Source: Felis catus | Lineage: Eukaryota | NCBI RefSeq assembly: GCF_018350175.1 | Contig: NC_058368.1 | Location: 95,048,001-95,112,000, forward strand | Length of the DNA stretch: 64,000 bases | Direction: 5' to 3' | In this document: positions 39,401 to 53,082 of the stretch, piece after piece | Layout: each line of letters begins with the position of its first letter | Position numbering within the stretch: the stretch's first letter is position 1 | The notes under the pieces: generated by a model | What the model saw: only the letters and a program-made list of their open reading frames with translations | The model's database searches: none | What the model was told of the DNA's origin: nothing | Position numbers and translations under genes: made by a program

Positions 39401-40996
39401 CAAAAATTACCGCAGAGAAACCAAATTCGTGGAGAAGATTCTGAGCTTTAAGACTTGCCTCGGTGGCTGGTGGGCGAACTCCAAAGGTCCCTGATCTGGT
39501 CACCTTTTTGAGAAGTTTCACTTGTTAATAAGCACATGCCTACAAGCATACCTACACACGACACAAACAACAGATACTCCTTTTGGAGGTTTTCTGTCCA
39601 GGAGTCTGGGAACCCGAAATCCTGGAGTGTGGAGAAAGCGGTTTCCCACCAGGCCTCCCCACTAAGCAAGGGAGGCAGGCTTGGACGCTGAGATGGTCAC
39701 TGGCAGACCCAGCCCATTCCTGCCGTATTTGTTCAGATCATTAGGAGGGTGCCAATTAGCGCCTATTTTGGTGAAGGTTTTGTGTTGTGAACATCTGTCC
39801 ACTAGCATCTGGCCATGGCCCAAGTCCATTTCACAAGAAACACCAAACAGCTGTCAGATGGTCCTGCGTTTGGATGGGTACCAAACGAACACAAAACTCC
39901 ATGCCACCAGGGAGGAGGGGCCCCAGTTCCTATTATCCAACTCCGGATGTACCCGGTGTCCAAGCTCCGACTCGCTAGCACATTCCCTAACTGACCAGCA
40001 ACTTACTGATTTTTGTGAATTAGGTTTTGCCCAGTGCAGTAAATACTTGGGATGGGTAGAGCCAGAATGAAGTTGTGTTTGCTGGAGAACTGATGATCAG
40101 TTTGGCCTTTGTTTTTCCTCTGTGATCACCCACCTCTTTTCTGCCTTCTCATTACACCTCAGGGAGGTAGGGGCGAAGGCTGGGTCGGACTAGGGATTTA
40201 CTCTGCAACCCATCCTCTCTGCTGTTTCGGGGTTCACACGTTAGTTAGGTTTGGTGGAAAACAAGAGTTTAAGGCCCATGAATCTATGTGACATTTTCAG
40301 TTTGCTAGCATAAGTGCTCAATGCCACATAATAACTTAAAGTTGTGTTGCAGAAAATAACCTCTTCATATTTATACATTGGTTCTGAGTCAGGTATTAAA
40401 TTAACAGATCTTTGGGCCCTCTTTGTTAGTGAAAATTTCTGAATTTTGTGATTTTACATATAACGTTTAAATGCGATCGAAATTCCGCATACAGAAAACT
40501 AAGCGATGAAACCCCTCTGTATTATTTCCTCGGAATTTCTACATCCTCTGTTTCCAGAACACGAGAAAGTTGTAGCTTGGGACATGTGGCATAACCCTGA
40601 CCAGCCCAGGCTCCTAACTGGGCACTAGACCCCAACAAAGGCAAATTTAAAATGGAACGAATCCTAGTTGCCCCACCCAACACTTTATTTAATATTTTGG
40701 AAGTATCCAGTAGGATCTAATATATAATATAGCTTGATGCACATAGTAGGTATGCACTAAATATTTCCTAAATAAAATAATGAATGGCGATTCACTCAGC
40801 TATTGTGAATAATGCTGTGGCATACAAAAGAGCAGACAGGCAGAGACAGAAGCAGGCAGCAAGGCTCTTCTGGATGCTATCATCTTGTCATCATCTTGTC
40901 TTTTCAGTTTTAACTTCTGTGCCAAGAACCATACCCTGCTGGTGACATAAAACACTGAATTTAGCCAGTTCTAGTAAGAGGACTTGTTGTCAAATT

Positions 40997-41170
40997 ATAA
41001 TAGCTAATTTTTATTGAGTGCTTATTGTATACCAGACATCATTGTGGTACAGACAGTCACACTGAGTCATGAGAATTGCCTTCGGAGGTAGGCACTGTTT
41101 GTATTCCATTTTTACAGAGGAGGAAAATGAGGCACAGAGAGGTTAAGTAACTTTCCCAAGATCTTAGTAG
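40997..41170 (-). mobile_element. MIR
   Basis: ccatttttacagaggaggaaaatgaggcacagagaggttaagtaact core. Confidence 0.85.
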
Positions 41171-41193
41171 AATAGGAAACTCCAGAGCTCATA

Positions 41194-41418
41194 CTTTTTT
41201 TTTTAAATGTTTATTTTTTGAGAGAGAGAGAGAGAGAGCGCGCGCATGAGCAGGGGAGGGGCAGAGAGAGAGAGAGAGACACAGAATCCGAAGCAGGCTC
41301 CAGGCTCTGAGCTGTCAGCACAGAACAGAGCCCGACGCACGGCCCGAACTCACCAACCGTGAGATCATGACCTGAGCCGAAGTCGGATGCTCAACTGATT
41401 CAGCCAGCCAGGCACCCC
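41194..41418 (-). mobile_element. Can-SINE
   Basis: Full body; TSD ccagagctc. Confidence 0.95.
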
Positions 41419-42262
41419 CAGAGCTCCTATTTTAAGTACTCCCTGATGTCAGCCCTTTAAAAGAAAAGAAGTTGACTCCCAAGTGTCATTTGACCCTCGA
41501 CTTCACTGTCTGTGTGTCTGGCACTCATGTGGTCTCGTTCTTCCTGATGTGAAGCATCAAAACTATAGGGAGATCATCATGGCCACCAGTAACCACTTGC
41601 ATTGAATTCGTGCCGTTCTGCTGCTATGAGCCGGATGTACTTGGGGCCTCGTAACATTCCCTCCTCAACTTACCGAGGATGCCGACGCTGTAGGTGCAAC
41701 AGAGAGCTCCCGCGTCTGAAATGGACTCTGTGCACTTCCGGTAGACTCCGGAGCGTGCTTACTCTTCATCCGGGAAAACGCAGCGTTGGCGCTAGTGTCA
41801 GAAGGTACTTCCTGCGGTAGTCGAGGCAGCACCGTAGGCATCTCTTCTTGCCACCTTCAGAGAATAAGCTACAGACAGCTGGAACTTCGTCTTGGAGGGT
41901 TTGGAATAGGGGAGCATATTGAAGTCTGAGAACTCTTCCCTGAGGGTTACTTACGCCATAGGCTTTGAGGCTGTATCCGGTCAAACATCTCGCCCCCAAG
42001 GGTGGTTGAAATGTTTTTCTTGACAGTTGTAATTTTTCTTTAAACTTATTACAGGAGGACTTTTGGACATATTTAGAGCCTTTGTTACTGCATATTGCCC
42101 TTTTGCACACATACACGTATTTGGAGTTTGACTTCAGTTCCCAGGTCATCCGAGTGTGTGTTTTTCCACGGGGTATCGTCCTCTGTGCCGTCAGCAGCTT
42201 TGTGAGGGGCGCATTTAAATTTGTTCAGTGTTTCCAAACCAGGCATCGTCAGCTTCTCTCTC

Positions 42263-42728
42263 TTTTTTTTTTAATTTTTTTTTAACATTTTATTTATTTT
42301 TGGGACAGGGAGAGACAGAGCATGAACAGGGGAGGGTCAGAGAGAGGGAGACACAGAATCGGAAACAGGCTCCAGGCTCTGAGCTGCCAGCACAGAGCCC
42401 GACGCGGGGCTCGAACTCATGGACCGCGAGATCATGACCTGAGCCGAAGTCGGCCGCCTAACCAACTGAGCCACCCAGGCGTCCCATCTCTCTCTTTTTT
42501 TTTTAATGTTTATTTATTTTTGAGAGAGAGAGAGAGAGAGAGCACGAATGAGCAGGGGAGGGGCAGAGGGAGGGAGACACAGAAACAGAAGCAGGCTGCT
42601 GGCTGCAGGCTCCTAGCTGTCAGCACAGAGCCTGATGTGGGGCCTGAACCCACACGATCCGTGAGATGACGACCTGAGCCGAAGTTAGACGCTTAACCGC
42701 TTAACCGACTGAGCCACCCCGGCGCCCC
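42263..42728 (-). mobile_element. Two Can-SINEs, 42263-42485 inserted at the tail of 42496-42728
   Basis: Two bodies; outer TSD ggcatcStcagcttct at 42242-42257 and 42730-42745. Confidence 0.94.
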
Positions 42729-43218
42729 GGGCATCCTCAGCTTCTTGACCCTCTATTTAGAGACCGTGTCTAGCCAGGCTGGGTTAACTGCTGACTAGCT
42801 GCTTAGAATCCCTGCCTCGTTTTTCACCTTCACGGGAGCTACACCAAAGTGGTTGTGTTGAGAAGAACTAACACTAGAGGGCAGCCTGCAAGTTGGAAAC
42901 AACAGGACAGCAAAGTATTATCACAGTCGGAAAGTAATGTGGAGTTCAGTCTCTCAGCGTTCTGACACCCCACTGAGGTATGGTGTTCCCACGTAATATA
43001 TAGGTATGAAATTACTCCTTAATGTTGAATTTGAATTGGCCTTTAAAATAAGACTTGAAGGCAAACTTAGGGAACTTGTCTCCCTTCTAGAAACTCGGTT
43101 TGTTAGGCCTCCCTGTGGAAATTCATCCTGTTCTGTGTTACTTCCGTTATTTACTCTCTTTTTAAAATATGGAGTAAGGCTTTCTTGGTACAGGTTTTGT
43201 TTAGAAACCCCTGAAAGA

Positions 43219-43440
43219 GGGGCGCCTGGGTGGCTCAGTCGGTTAGGCGTCTGACTTCGGCTCAGGTCATGATCTCAAGGTCCGTGAGTTCGAGCCCTGC
43301 ATTGGGCTCTGTGCTGCCAGCTCAGAGCCTGGAGCCTGTTTCGGGTTCTGTGTCTCCCTCTCTCTGACCCTCCCCTGTTCATGCTCTGTCTCTTCGTGTC
43401 TCAAAAATAAAATAAAAATGTTAAAAAAAAAAAAAAAAAA
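43219..43440 (+). mobile_element. Can-SINE (young, long polyA)
   Basis: TSD agaaacYcctgaaaga at 43203-43218 and 43441-43456. Confidence 0.96.
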
Positions 43441-44067
43441 AGAAACTCCTGAAAGAAAGATGTCATGTGAAGGGTAACTAGAGAATGCCCATCTTTTTAG
43501 GATCCTTTTTTTCACAGTGTTAATATTGGTTATTTTCAACTCTTAACAACATCGGAGGGTTCTGCTGGACAGCTGTACTTATATCGGCCCTTATCTAAAG
43601 GTTGATCCCATAAAATGAAACCCAAGATACCTCAGTCACTGATGTAATGAAGATTTCTTTCTTCCAAAGTAAGATCTTATTAAACACATTTTTTTTCCTT
43701 CCACTACATACGCAGCATTCATTTTTAGCACAAGGCGGCAAATAAGGCCTCGTGTCTGCTAACCCTGTCTTATTAAATAAACAACACAAGTTAGGTGTTA
43801 TTTGTGTTTTGTGAATTACATCATCTATAACATTTTTGGTCGCATAAGGCAATTCAAGAGATTAAACACATATAAATAGGCCCAACACGGAGTGGGGTGG
43901 GGAGCCGTCAGCACTTGGCCACTCCTGCCCTTTTGTAACCTCTTTTTATCGATGCGCTGGACGGTCCCTCAGTCGTCCTCAGGTTATCCGCCTCTTGTTA
44001 CGGCATTAACCTCCCAAATGTTGAGAAAGTGGTCCCAGCTCCCAGACCAAATGTGACAGTTGAGACA

Positions 44068-44267
44068 CTTTTTTGTTTTAAGTTCATTTATTTATTTTGA
44101 GAGTGAGAGCATGAGCATGAGTGAGAGGGGGAGAGAGAGAATCCCAAGCAGGTTCCGCACTGTCAGCGCAGAGCCTGATGTGGGGCTCGAACTCATGAGC
44201 CGAGAGATCTTGACCTGCACTGAAATCGAGAGTCGGATGCTTCGCCAACTGAGCCACCCAGGCTCCC
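44068..44267 (-). mobile_element. Can-SINE
   Basis: Body; TSD tgacagYtgaRacact. Confidence 0.94.
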
Positions 44268-44589
44268 TGACAGCTGAAACACTCTTAATTTCAAAATCCT
44301 TAGTGCTCGCTCTACAAAGCTGGGTGTGAGCACAGTAGGGCTCTAGGGCCAAGGCTTTGGTGTTTGGCCTGTTACGTGTCTTTTAAATCTGGGGTAAGAT
44401 GGCTGTGAAATATGAACTCTTTTGTTTGTAAACTGGAGTTCCTTCTTGGCCACTGCCCCCCACCCTCCTCTCAGTTCCCCAGTTATGACATCTTGGAGCC
44501 ATTTTCCCTCCTCCTTCCTCACCCAACGCGTCCAACTGGTCCCTATGTCCTGATGCCTGTATCTTACCAACCTGCTCAGAATCCGTTTC

Positions 44590-45235
44590 CTTTGTTCCAC
44601 ACACAGTGCTGGCAGATTTCTACCTCTAAAGGCCATCTCTGATGATGTCATCTTCTTGCTGAGAAGCTTCAGTTGTCTGCAGCTCCGGGTCCCTCTGGAG
44701 CATGGCAGAGTCCCCACAGAGTGCTCTCAATCCCCTTCTGTCCTCAGCCTTCCACGCCACATCCCCAAGTCACCAGGAAGACCCCTTGCCGCCCTGGGGC
44801 CAAGTCCTCTATTTCCCTACTTTGAGCGTTTGCTCGTGCTTTTCCCTTAGCCCCCCGGCTTTTCTTCCCCTGCCCTCTCACCTACTGAAACCTCACTCCT
44901 TCAGGCAACTCAGATGCTTCCTCCTTCACAAAGTCCTGCCTGACCTCCCGGCTGGGTAGAGCTCTCCCTTCCTGTCCTTCTTAGTATCCTTAGCTAAGTA
45001 CCCCAGCTTAGCAAATGCACTCTGCTTTAGGGATGGAGAGTAATTAGACCTTACACCAGAGCGAGTTTTCACATATCTACTTTGCTTGCTAGAACGTGGG
45101 CCCAGGGTCTGGCCCACGTTGTGTACACAGTCGATGGGTAAATTCTGCACTAGGTCATCATTGTACCTCTGCGGCATATCTAGAATCTGCCTGGTGTAAG
45201 TGCTAAATATATGATCTGTTGGATTAAATTGATTT
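44590..45235 (+). mobile_element. Degraded L2
   Basis: L2-like motifs (gatgatgtcatcttcttgct, cttcctccttcacaaagtcctgcctgacc, degenerate terminus). Confidence 0.55.
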
Positions 45236-45671
45236 GCTGCTTTCACTAGGCCTGATAGACTGGACCAGGCTGTCAAATGACCTTTGTCAGAGGGAAGATC
45301 CACTGACGTTGTGCCATACGGTCTGTTTACTCCTTGCTAAAAACATGCTCCTGTGTCAATGGGTACAAGTTATCAGCCCCTGGAGGATACTCCTGCCGGA
45401 ATGTGTGGTTCACCCTTCTGTCCCTCCATTCTACCCGTGCCCCAGGGACAAGGTGTACCTTAATAGTGCTGTTTATTTGGATCCCTTCTATCAAACAGGA
45501 CTCGAATCCCCATTAAAAACATCCTCCATTTTGCAGTTCATCTCCTTACAGATGAGAACTCAAGACCCTACAAGCCTCTGGAGACAATGTCCTGAAATGG
45601 CATTCCACTGAGAAGCAGGGACTTAGGTTCATTTGCACTGATAACCTCAGGTGGAGTCCTTGGAAAGCTCC

Positions 45672-45716
45672 TTTTAAAAAAATTTTGTTAATTTTATTTA
45701 TTTCAATGGGGGAGGA

Positions 45717-45759
<43 letters not shown>

Positions 45760-45883
45760 CCCAAGCAGGCTCTGTGCTATCAGCCCAAAGCCCGACATGG
45801 GGCTCGATCCCGTGACTTTGAGATTATGAACTGAGCCAAAATCTAGAGTTGGACGCTTAGCTGACTGAGCCACGCAGGTGCTC
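45672..45883 (-). mobile_element. Can-SINE
   Basis: Body with (GA)n and degenerate head. Confidence 0.9.
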
Positions 45884-45989
45884 TCTTGAAAAGCTGCCTC
45901 TCAACTTGTTCTGTCCGTGTTCAGTCTGCACAGTAGGAACATCTATGGTTGGGAGGCTATCGTCGTTTTTCAAAAATTTTTAAGTATTG

Positions 45990-46230
45990 AGCAAACAGGG
46001 CAGTGGGGTGGAGGAGCACAAAACTCAGGTTCAGAAGATTAGGGACCTTGTCGCAAGCCGTTCCCTCACTGGAGGTACTCTTAGGCCAATTATTTGGCCT
46101 CTCTGAACCTCAGTTATCTCATCTTTAAATTGGGCATAATACCTGCCCTGCCTAACCCGGATTGTAATGATGTTAAATGAGGCAATGTTTATAAACGCGC
46201 TCTGCAAAATATCCTTATGATATAAATAAG
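45990..46230 (+). mobile_element. MIR
   Basis: cctctctgaacctcagttatctcatctttaaattggg core. Confidence 0.75.
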
Positions 46231-47674
46231 GTCTTTATCATTAATAATAACACTGTTAAATACCGTTCATGTTGGTGGTTATCAACGCGCCTGATATCTG
46301 AATGTGATGTGGGACTCAGCAAGACTCCTTCCTAGGCAGAACAGTCCTGTCTTGGCACCTCGCTGCTGGAAGCCAGTGCATCCTCTGCCCAGAAGGTGCC
46401 ACTCTGGGAAGATGTGTCTTCACTTGAAACACAGGCAGTGAGAAACAATGAAATATGCAAATATGCTATGATGACTTTTAATAGAAAGAGCCTTCGGAGT
46501 TAAGACTAGTAGGTATGGTTGACAACAAGCAAGAAAAGACATTGTCCTAGTCCTACTTACAAAACCCTTTCAAGTTCTGCTCAGCAGAATTTGCATTTCA
46601 ATAACACTGTGATAATGTCAAGCTATTCACAACATTTCAAAGCCTTCTCTTGCACACCTGGCATGTTGTAGGATCTGCTGGGGAACTGGCTGTGGCTGTT
46701 TTCTAACAGCAGAGGCAATTATGTTGTCCTTTTCATTCCGGGGAGCGGATGTGTTTGGGCAATATTAACAGGTCTGATGTTCTGGACACGACAAAATACG
46801 GGAACGAAAGCTCCGCCCTCCACGATATCCCACGAGAATTAATTAACCAGCATATTCAACACACTGAACTTCCCCTCGTCACAAATGAGAGGAAACACCT
46901 TGTAGAGAAAAGTTGACTTTTGAATAGGAAGCCTTTCCCTGTACTCTGTACATCCCTTTAAAGAGAAAAGTACCCAGTAGATGCTTGCGACCTTTTCTCT
47001 TGGCGACCCTGGAAAGCTACTCTCGTTGTTTCTACTCTCTATATCATCAGCAGCTCCCCTCCGCTGAACAAGCCTGGGATCTTGCGTTGACTTTACTTGC
47101 ACTAAAAGTAAATGCATATTGCACACAATGGGACAACCATCTCAAAAATTATTCTAGATAATCACTACGCTAGAACACAGCACAGCAAATGTGACAAATC
47201 CATTTAATTTAGGTAATTTCTCCTTATGCTTACAGATCGGTAAGCTTAATTGTAAAAGTTAAGCATTTATAATTCATAAGCACAAATTATGCTAAACTAG
47301 ATGTGTTATGTGCTGTTGGAGTTTTATGTAAGCTACAAAATGATTATTCACACAGAAATTTAATTAATAAGATACTTATAATATAATTAATATATTATAT
47401 CTAACTTTTATTAGACCCTCTAGTTAAAAGTCGAACATAAGTGGCACATTAACATTATAATTCAGCTTCTTGATATCTGTAGTAAAACTCATGACACAGG
47501 AAAAAGTACTTTTAACGAAAAGTAAGACCTTTTTCTCTCCCATGCTTACCCTATTCCCTAGTCATTATGTTTAGCACACACTTAACAGGTACTTTTGGGC
47601 AAAGGAAATTTGGTCCACTTGGTCCACTGCCCCCAGCATAGAGTATCTTTCATTTGAAAGAACTCATGACTTAG

Positions 47675-47871
47675 ACTCAGGTCATGATCTCACAGTTCGT
47701 GAGTTCAAGCCCTGCGTCAGGCTCTATGCCATCAGCTTAGAGCCTGGAGCTTGCTTTGGATTCTGTGTCTCCCTCTCTCTCTGCCCCTCCCTCACACACG
47801 TTCTGTCTCTGTCTCTGTCTCTCTCTCTAAAATAAATAAACATTTAAAAAAATTGAAAAAAAAAAAAAAAA
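47675..47871 (+). mobile_element. 5'-truncated Can-SINE
   Basis: Starts at ctcaggtcatgatctc; CT tract and polyA. Confidence 0.92.
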
Positions 47872-50800
47872 GCCCTCAAAGTCCCATTCCATCTTGAAAA
47901 GGAATGGCCTCTCATCCCCTTAGGAGCCAGTAAATATCATCAATTTTGTTAACTAAATTCCTGTAAAGTTAAAAATGCGTCCCCCGAAGATTGAAAGTAC
48001 TCTGTACCACTTATAAATGTCAGTTGCCCCTCAAGTGATTCTTCTTTCTTTACATGACCATTTTGCAAATGATACAGAATCACATTTTTCATAGAGGAAC
48101 CTAGTGCATTTTGCATGGCAACGTAATGGAAGCGTGTTCAAGTCACTGCCGTCTGAAAATGTTCCACCAAAAATACAGCCTCCAAGGCACTGACGTCTTG
48201 GAGGCACAAAAGAAAATCTGTAATCAGAAATCATTAATTAAGGTTAATTAAAGTCCATATTGTATCTGACAGACATTCACACAAAAGTACTGCTTACTTT
48301 TCTTTAGGCTGCGTGTGCGATACGATGTCCGCCTGGACACCAAAGAGTAATCACAGTCTCATTATTGTCAAGAGGACAGCAACTTGAATTCACACGAACT
48401 CTTCTTCCAAGGAAAAAAAAAAAAAGCTTCTGATCGGAAATATTAGTACCACTGTCCTCCCCATCACTATGCCTTTAAGAAAAATTAAAAAAAAAAAAAC
48501 TTACTTGTGAGACTACCGTAAAATGAAGAAGACCTATTTTCTATCCTGCCAGATAATCAGAGGTCCATAATACTGAATTTACAAATGCATGTTTTCTTTG
48601 CTTCCCAGAGATAGTGGGAAGGGGAGGGGGAGAAGGGGGGTGCTGATAATTGCGGCCTATGGGTAAGCCAGACCACATGATCAAAATCTGCTGTGACACT
48701 TAAAAGCGTTTCTCCACGAGGAATTCTGGTGCCCAGAAGCCTGGTGAAGCCAGTAGCAATTAAGGCCATGTTATCCTTTTAATTTACTTGAAATTATTGG
48801 CCTCTAAAATCAATCATTTAGTGTGGTTGGGGAGGGAGGGGTCAATATAATAGACACGTGCATTAAAAACGCTTGTTGATCTTACTCAAAAATTTTGGCA
48901 GGCTGGGACTGGGAAAATTTTAAACGGCTGCTTTGAAGCTCCCACCCTGAAATAAAAACTAGTCATTTTCTAGTAAAGGGGGTGGGGGGGGGAAAGTGAC
49001 CAGTTTTCTAGATTAGGGCCATTGGTAAATGAATTCAAGGTTTTCTTCCCGTGAATCTGCCTGGGTTTTTTGTTGGAGGCCCTGCATGTCCTGACTTCAG
49101 TGCTGTGTGCCTCAAGTGTGAGATTGTTTTATGTTTTAATCTACAAACGAATGAAATGGCTTGGCTTGGACTGGTAGGAGTCCTTGAAAGTCCACTTGAG
49201 AGATGGGAACCCCAGCATTACGACGCGTACCAGTATCTGTTCCACACGGCCAAATGCACCTAACAAAGGAAAGCTGTGTTCTCCATCACCCACAAAACAC
49301 ATAAATCACTGGGTGTGTGTGTATCTCATTCTTGCAGCAACTTCCTCCTCCCTGTCTTTTCTGGACTCGGTCACCCAATACATACACCACCAGGCAGCTT
49401 TTCCTAATCAACCCTGAAGTCACAAACCTAACAACAAAACCCGCCAAAGATGAGAATTCCAGAAAGGAAAAAAAAAAAAAAAAAAAAAAAAAAAGCTCAT
49501 GGACTCCAGAGCTGACAGGGCTGTTAGCCCTGTGGGCCAGGGTCGCAAAATACAGCGAAATGATCTCTAGCTCCTCAGGAAGGTGCGTCAAGCCTAAGAA
49601 AATCATAGAGGTTAAACCTGAACTTAAAGCACGGACCGTTTCCATCCCCACGCCGAAGCGTGCGGCACTCCTGAGGTCCTTCCGTGTAGTCAGCAAGCTG
49701 CAGAGCCCAAACCGAATCATGAACCTGACGTTTTGAGCAAAGCCACGCACACCCTCATTTACCTCCGCACTTGTGAATAGCCTTAACGAAGAGCTCGCAC
49801 CCTTCGGCTTTCTTGTCGAAAGATGAAAGTGACATCGGCCCCTGGACGGTCATTCCCCCCCCCCCCGCCCCCCACCAGGAAGACTGAGCAAGAGGCAGAT
49901 CCTGGAGTAGATATCAGCTGGATGTGCACATAACAAGGTCCAGAGAGACCTTCTCAGAAGTCGCCTCTTTTAATCCAACACTGAATTATACGAGAGGCGG
50001 TTTCCGGTGCTTTCAGAGCACCACAAAGTGCCAAGATAACTGCGAGGCTTGCGCGCCCCAGTATATCTCGAGCCTTTCCCAAGACACCCCAACACTATCT
50101 GAGGCACTGAAACTATGGCAACCGAATAAGAAAGCAGCCTCCATGATTAATAGATGAAGATCCCAGCGACAGTGTCTAGCTAGGGCCATCATTCATGATG
50201 CGAGAAGAATTAGCACGGAATCCATCTCGCAGACCACTTACAAGGATCCTTCCTATAAAAAAAAAAAAAAAATCCACCTAACTGCCATTCGGCTGCATGC
50301 ACTCTGGTTTAGAATGCCGCAAACAATTTGGTTTCTATTTCTCACTCCCCATGCAGGGATGGGGATGTTCTCAGTGACTCAGATGCTCACATTTTTGGAA
50401 TAATGAAAGGCTTAATAGATTGGTTTTCCACCTGGGTATTTGAGGCCTAAGCACAAATGCATTCAAACACCAAAATATGTGAATGAAGTCCTGTGGTTCT
50501 CGGGGTAAAAAGGAGGAAAGACAGTTGTTGGATTGTTTGGGTGGGTTTTTTTTTTTTTTTTTTTTTTTTTGTGGAAAGCACTTTTTCATACAGCATTCCG
50601 TTTTCAGGAAAGGAACGTTGCCATTCACCAGCTCAATCAGCATTCTCTCAGTTTCCTCGTTGGAGGACAGTAGGAGTCTGGGGGAGGGGGAGGCAAGGGC
50701 TGGAGTCGCTGTAATATTAATGAGAAGATGGAAAATACGTTCCTTAAAAGAAGATTCAGGAATAGGAGAAAGGAAAAAAGGACGGAGCCTTCACAGGAAA

Positions 50801-52209
50801 GCTTGTCTATAAAAGGCTCATCTAACGTCAGGACGTAATTACTATATTCTTCATTTCTTCCCACTTCCTAAAATGTTTACTTTCCAGCGGCATGTTGTCA
50901 CTGTGTTCAGTGACACAGCCCATTGTGTTCTAGAAATGCTTCACATCAAATCATGGCAGAGGCTTGGTCTGAAATACGTTGGCGGGGGCAGAAGGGATAA
51001 GAGAGGGGTGAAGAAGCATCAGTTTTTAGAGATCCTTCTAAATTGTTTTAATTGGCGTGGATTCTTTAAATTAAATATTCTACAGATGGCAATTACAAGT
51101 TAGTTGGAAACCACCAGAAAGTGCTGAGTCACATTAAATGAAAGCCTCTAAGGTCTAAGGGCTGTGTGTGGAAATACCTGTCTAACAGTTCTTTCAAAGC
51201 AACAGCCATCACACTTGCTGCTGGAAAGGGCCTGGCCCTTCGGTCTTTGGGGTGTGTTAATTGTGGATTTATTTCATTGTCTTGACATCCTCTTTCCACA
51301 TACAAAGTTTAAGAGACAATTTTTTTTTCTCTCCTCGATGAAAATAACTAATTGTAAGCCATGGAGGGAGTCTTGCTTCTCCTGGGTGGAGAGGGAGACC
51401 ATCAGGGAATTGTGATAGTACCAGTTTCTTGCCCCTGTCCCTGTGCCTTTTAGAGGTGCAGCTGAGAAGTATCGTCTGAATCAAATGTCAGATGATATGG
51501 CAGTATACCAGTCAGTACAGTAAATGCTGTCTCTCTTGGGGTCGGCCAACTGCTCCATTTGGTGGGGACGGTAGTGGTTTGCTTCTGCACGGAGACTCCT
51601 GCTCTCCCAAGCGTAGTTCACGCATGGCGAGAGAAGAGTGACACAGCAAGTGTATGGCCACCAGGAAGGCAGTCTGGGAGAAGTCCCAGCCACCGCCTCT
51701 TGGAACACTCAGCGGGGAGACAAGCCTCTCTCCTATGACAGGTATGGCCCTTGGGGTCAATTCAGCTCATCCCTGAACCGACATTATGGGCTGCTCTTGG
51801 ATTCTTTAGTTGTATGCAGGTTGTGTATTTTATTTTTCAATGTTGGGAAGTGAAGGCTATCATATTTAAAAAAAGAAAACTAGCCATCCTTTGGGCTCTT
51901 ATGTGATGTAAAGTCTTGTGCTGCCTGCTAGGGTTTTATTTGTGTAATGTCTTTTCTTCCACGTTTTTGGTGTGATATTTCAACATTGAAAGTTAGGAAA
52001 AGGATCACGACTCCTCTTCTGGTGCAAATGACCCTTTCACACGCTTCCCAGCTTAAAACCCTTGTCCCTGTGGCCAACTCACAGTGTGAATGTTCATTTC
52101 TAGTCCAAAGGCTGTTTCCTTTGCATCATCTCTGTCTGCTGCACTTTTGTGGCCATTTCCTTTGTACTGTCCCACCAGGGCACTCTCCATGACTACCGTC
52201 ACCGAGAAA

Positions 52210-52400
52210 ATCATAACATCTAGTATTTAAAGAGCATGTACCGTGTGCCAGGCATTGTGCTGTGAATTTTACAGATGTTATATTTCCTCTTCTTAGCATC
52301 ATACCAGCATCTTACAGACAAACTGAGGCAGAGACGTAACTGGTTCAAAGTCATGCTCTTTGTAAATGGCCAAAAATGGGATGCGGATCCCGGTGTGTCA
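52210..52400 (-). mobile_element. MIR
   Basis: tgtgccaggcattgtgct...cttacagacaaactgaggcagaga. Confidence 0.75.
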
Positions 52401-53082
52401 TGTGTGCCTAAGAAGCGTGGCCTCTGCAGTGCCCCTTTACCTGCCCACTGCCTTCCCCTGACAGTCCCTCCACATTTATAAATTGTATGTCACAAAATCG
52501 TAATGAGTTCTCCCCTGTTACAGCAAGGATCAAAACTCCTCTCCTACTACCCTTGGTTCACCCTGACATGTCTGTTCTACATTAATGCTTACATTGACAT
52601 GAACTATTTTAGGACTTACCTCAGCAAAAACAATGCTCTTACTTTTTATAATGCCTGGCAGAGTGCCACCCCCCGACCTTGCCCGATTTAATGGTCACAC
52701 TGAAAGCTTTCATTACTCCAGGCGGTTGGCATTCTCATTAATAGGGCTGCTATACATGCTCTATGTAGACTGTGAATTTTCAGTGAACTTGAGGATCTTA
52801 TTTAATTTCATAATGTGGTTTATGCTAAAATGTGACATCAATAGCATATAATCTTTTATGGTTTAGAAGACGATGAAGCAAGGTCTCTGCTAGGCTGGAG
52901 GCGGGAAGGTCTGGGCTGGGGAGAAGGGAATTAGCATCAGACTTCTCAAGTTTCCAGAGCACATTTCATATTTTACCAAAAACGTTCACATTTGTGACTT
53001 CATGTTATCTTCCTAGCAGTCGTAGAAGGTAGGAAGCACAGGTTTACTATCCGCAATTTTTATTTAAAATACTGCAGCTCTC

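Noticed and set aside
46992..48332. Putative cassette exons 48332-48298 and 47101-46992 that would extend the exon-1 uORF in frame (…PKRRTSYRTRSLKKMQVKSTQDP…)
   Set aside because: The second donor (AAG|gtcgca) and first acceptor are weak, I recognise no homolog, and such phase-compatible joins are easy to assemble by chance.
49286..49750. Overlapping 154-aa and 139-aa ORFs on opposite strands
   Set aside because: Both run through a polyA/T tract (poly-K or poly-F), use non-ATG starts and resemble no known protein.
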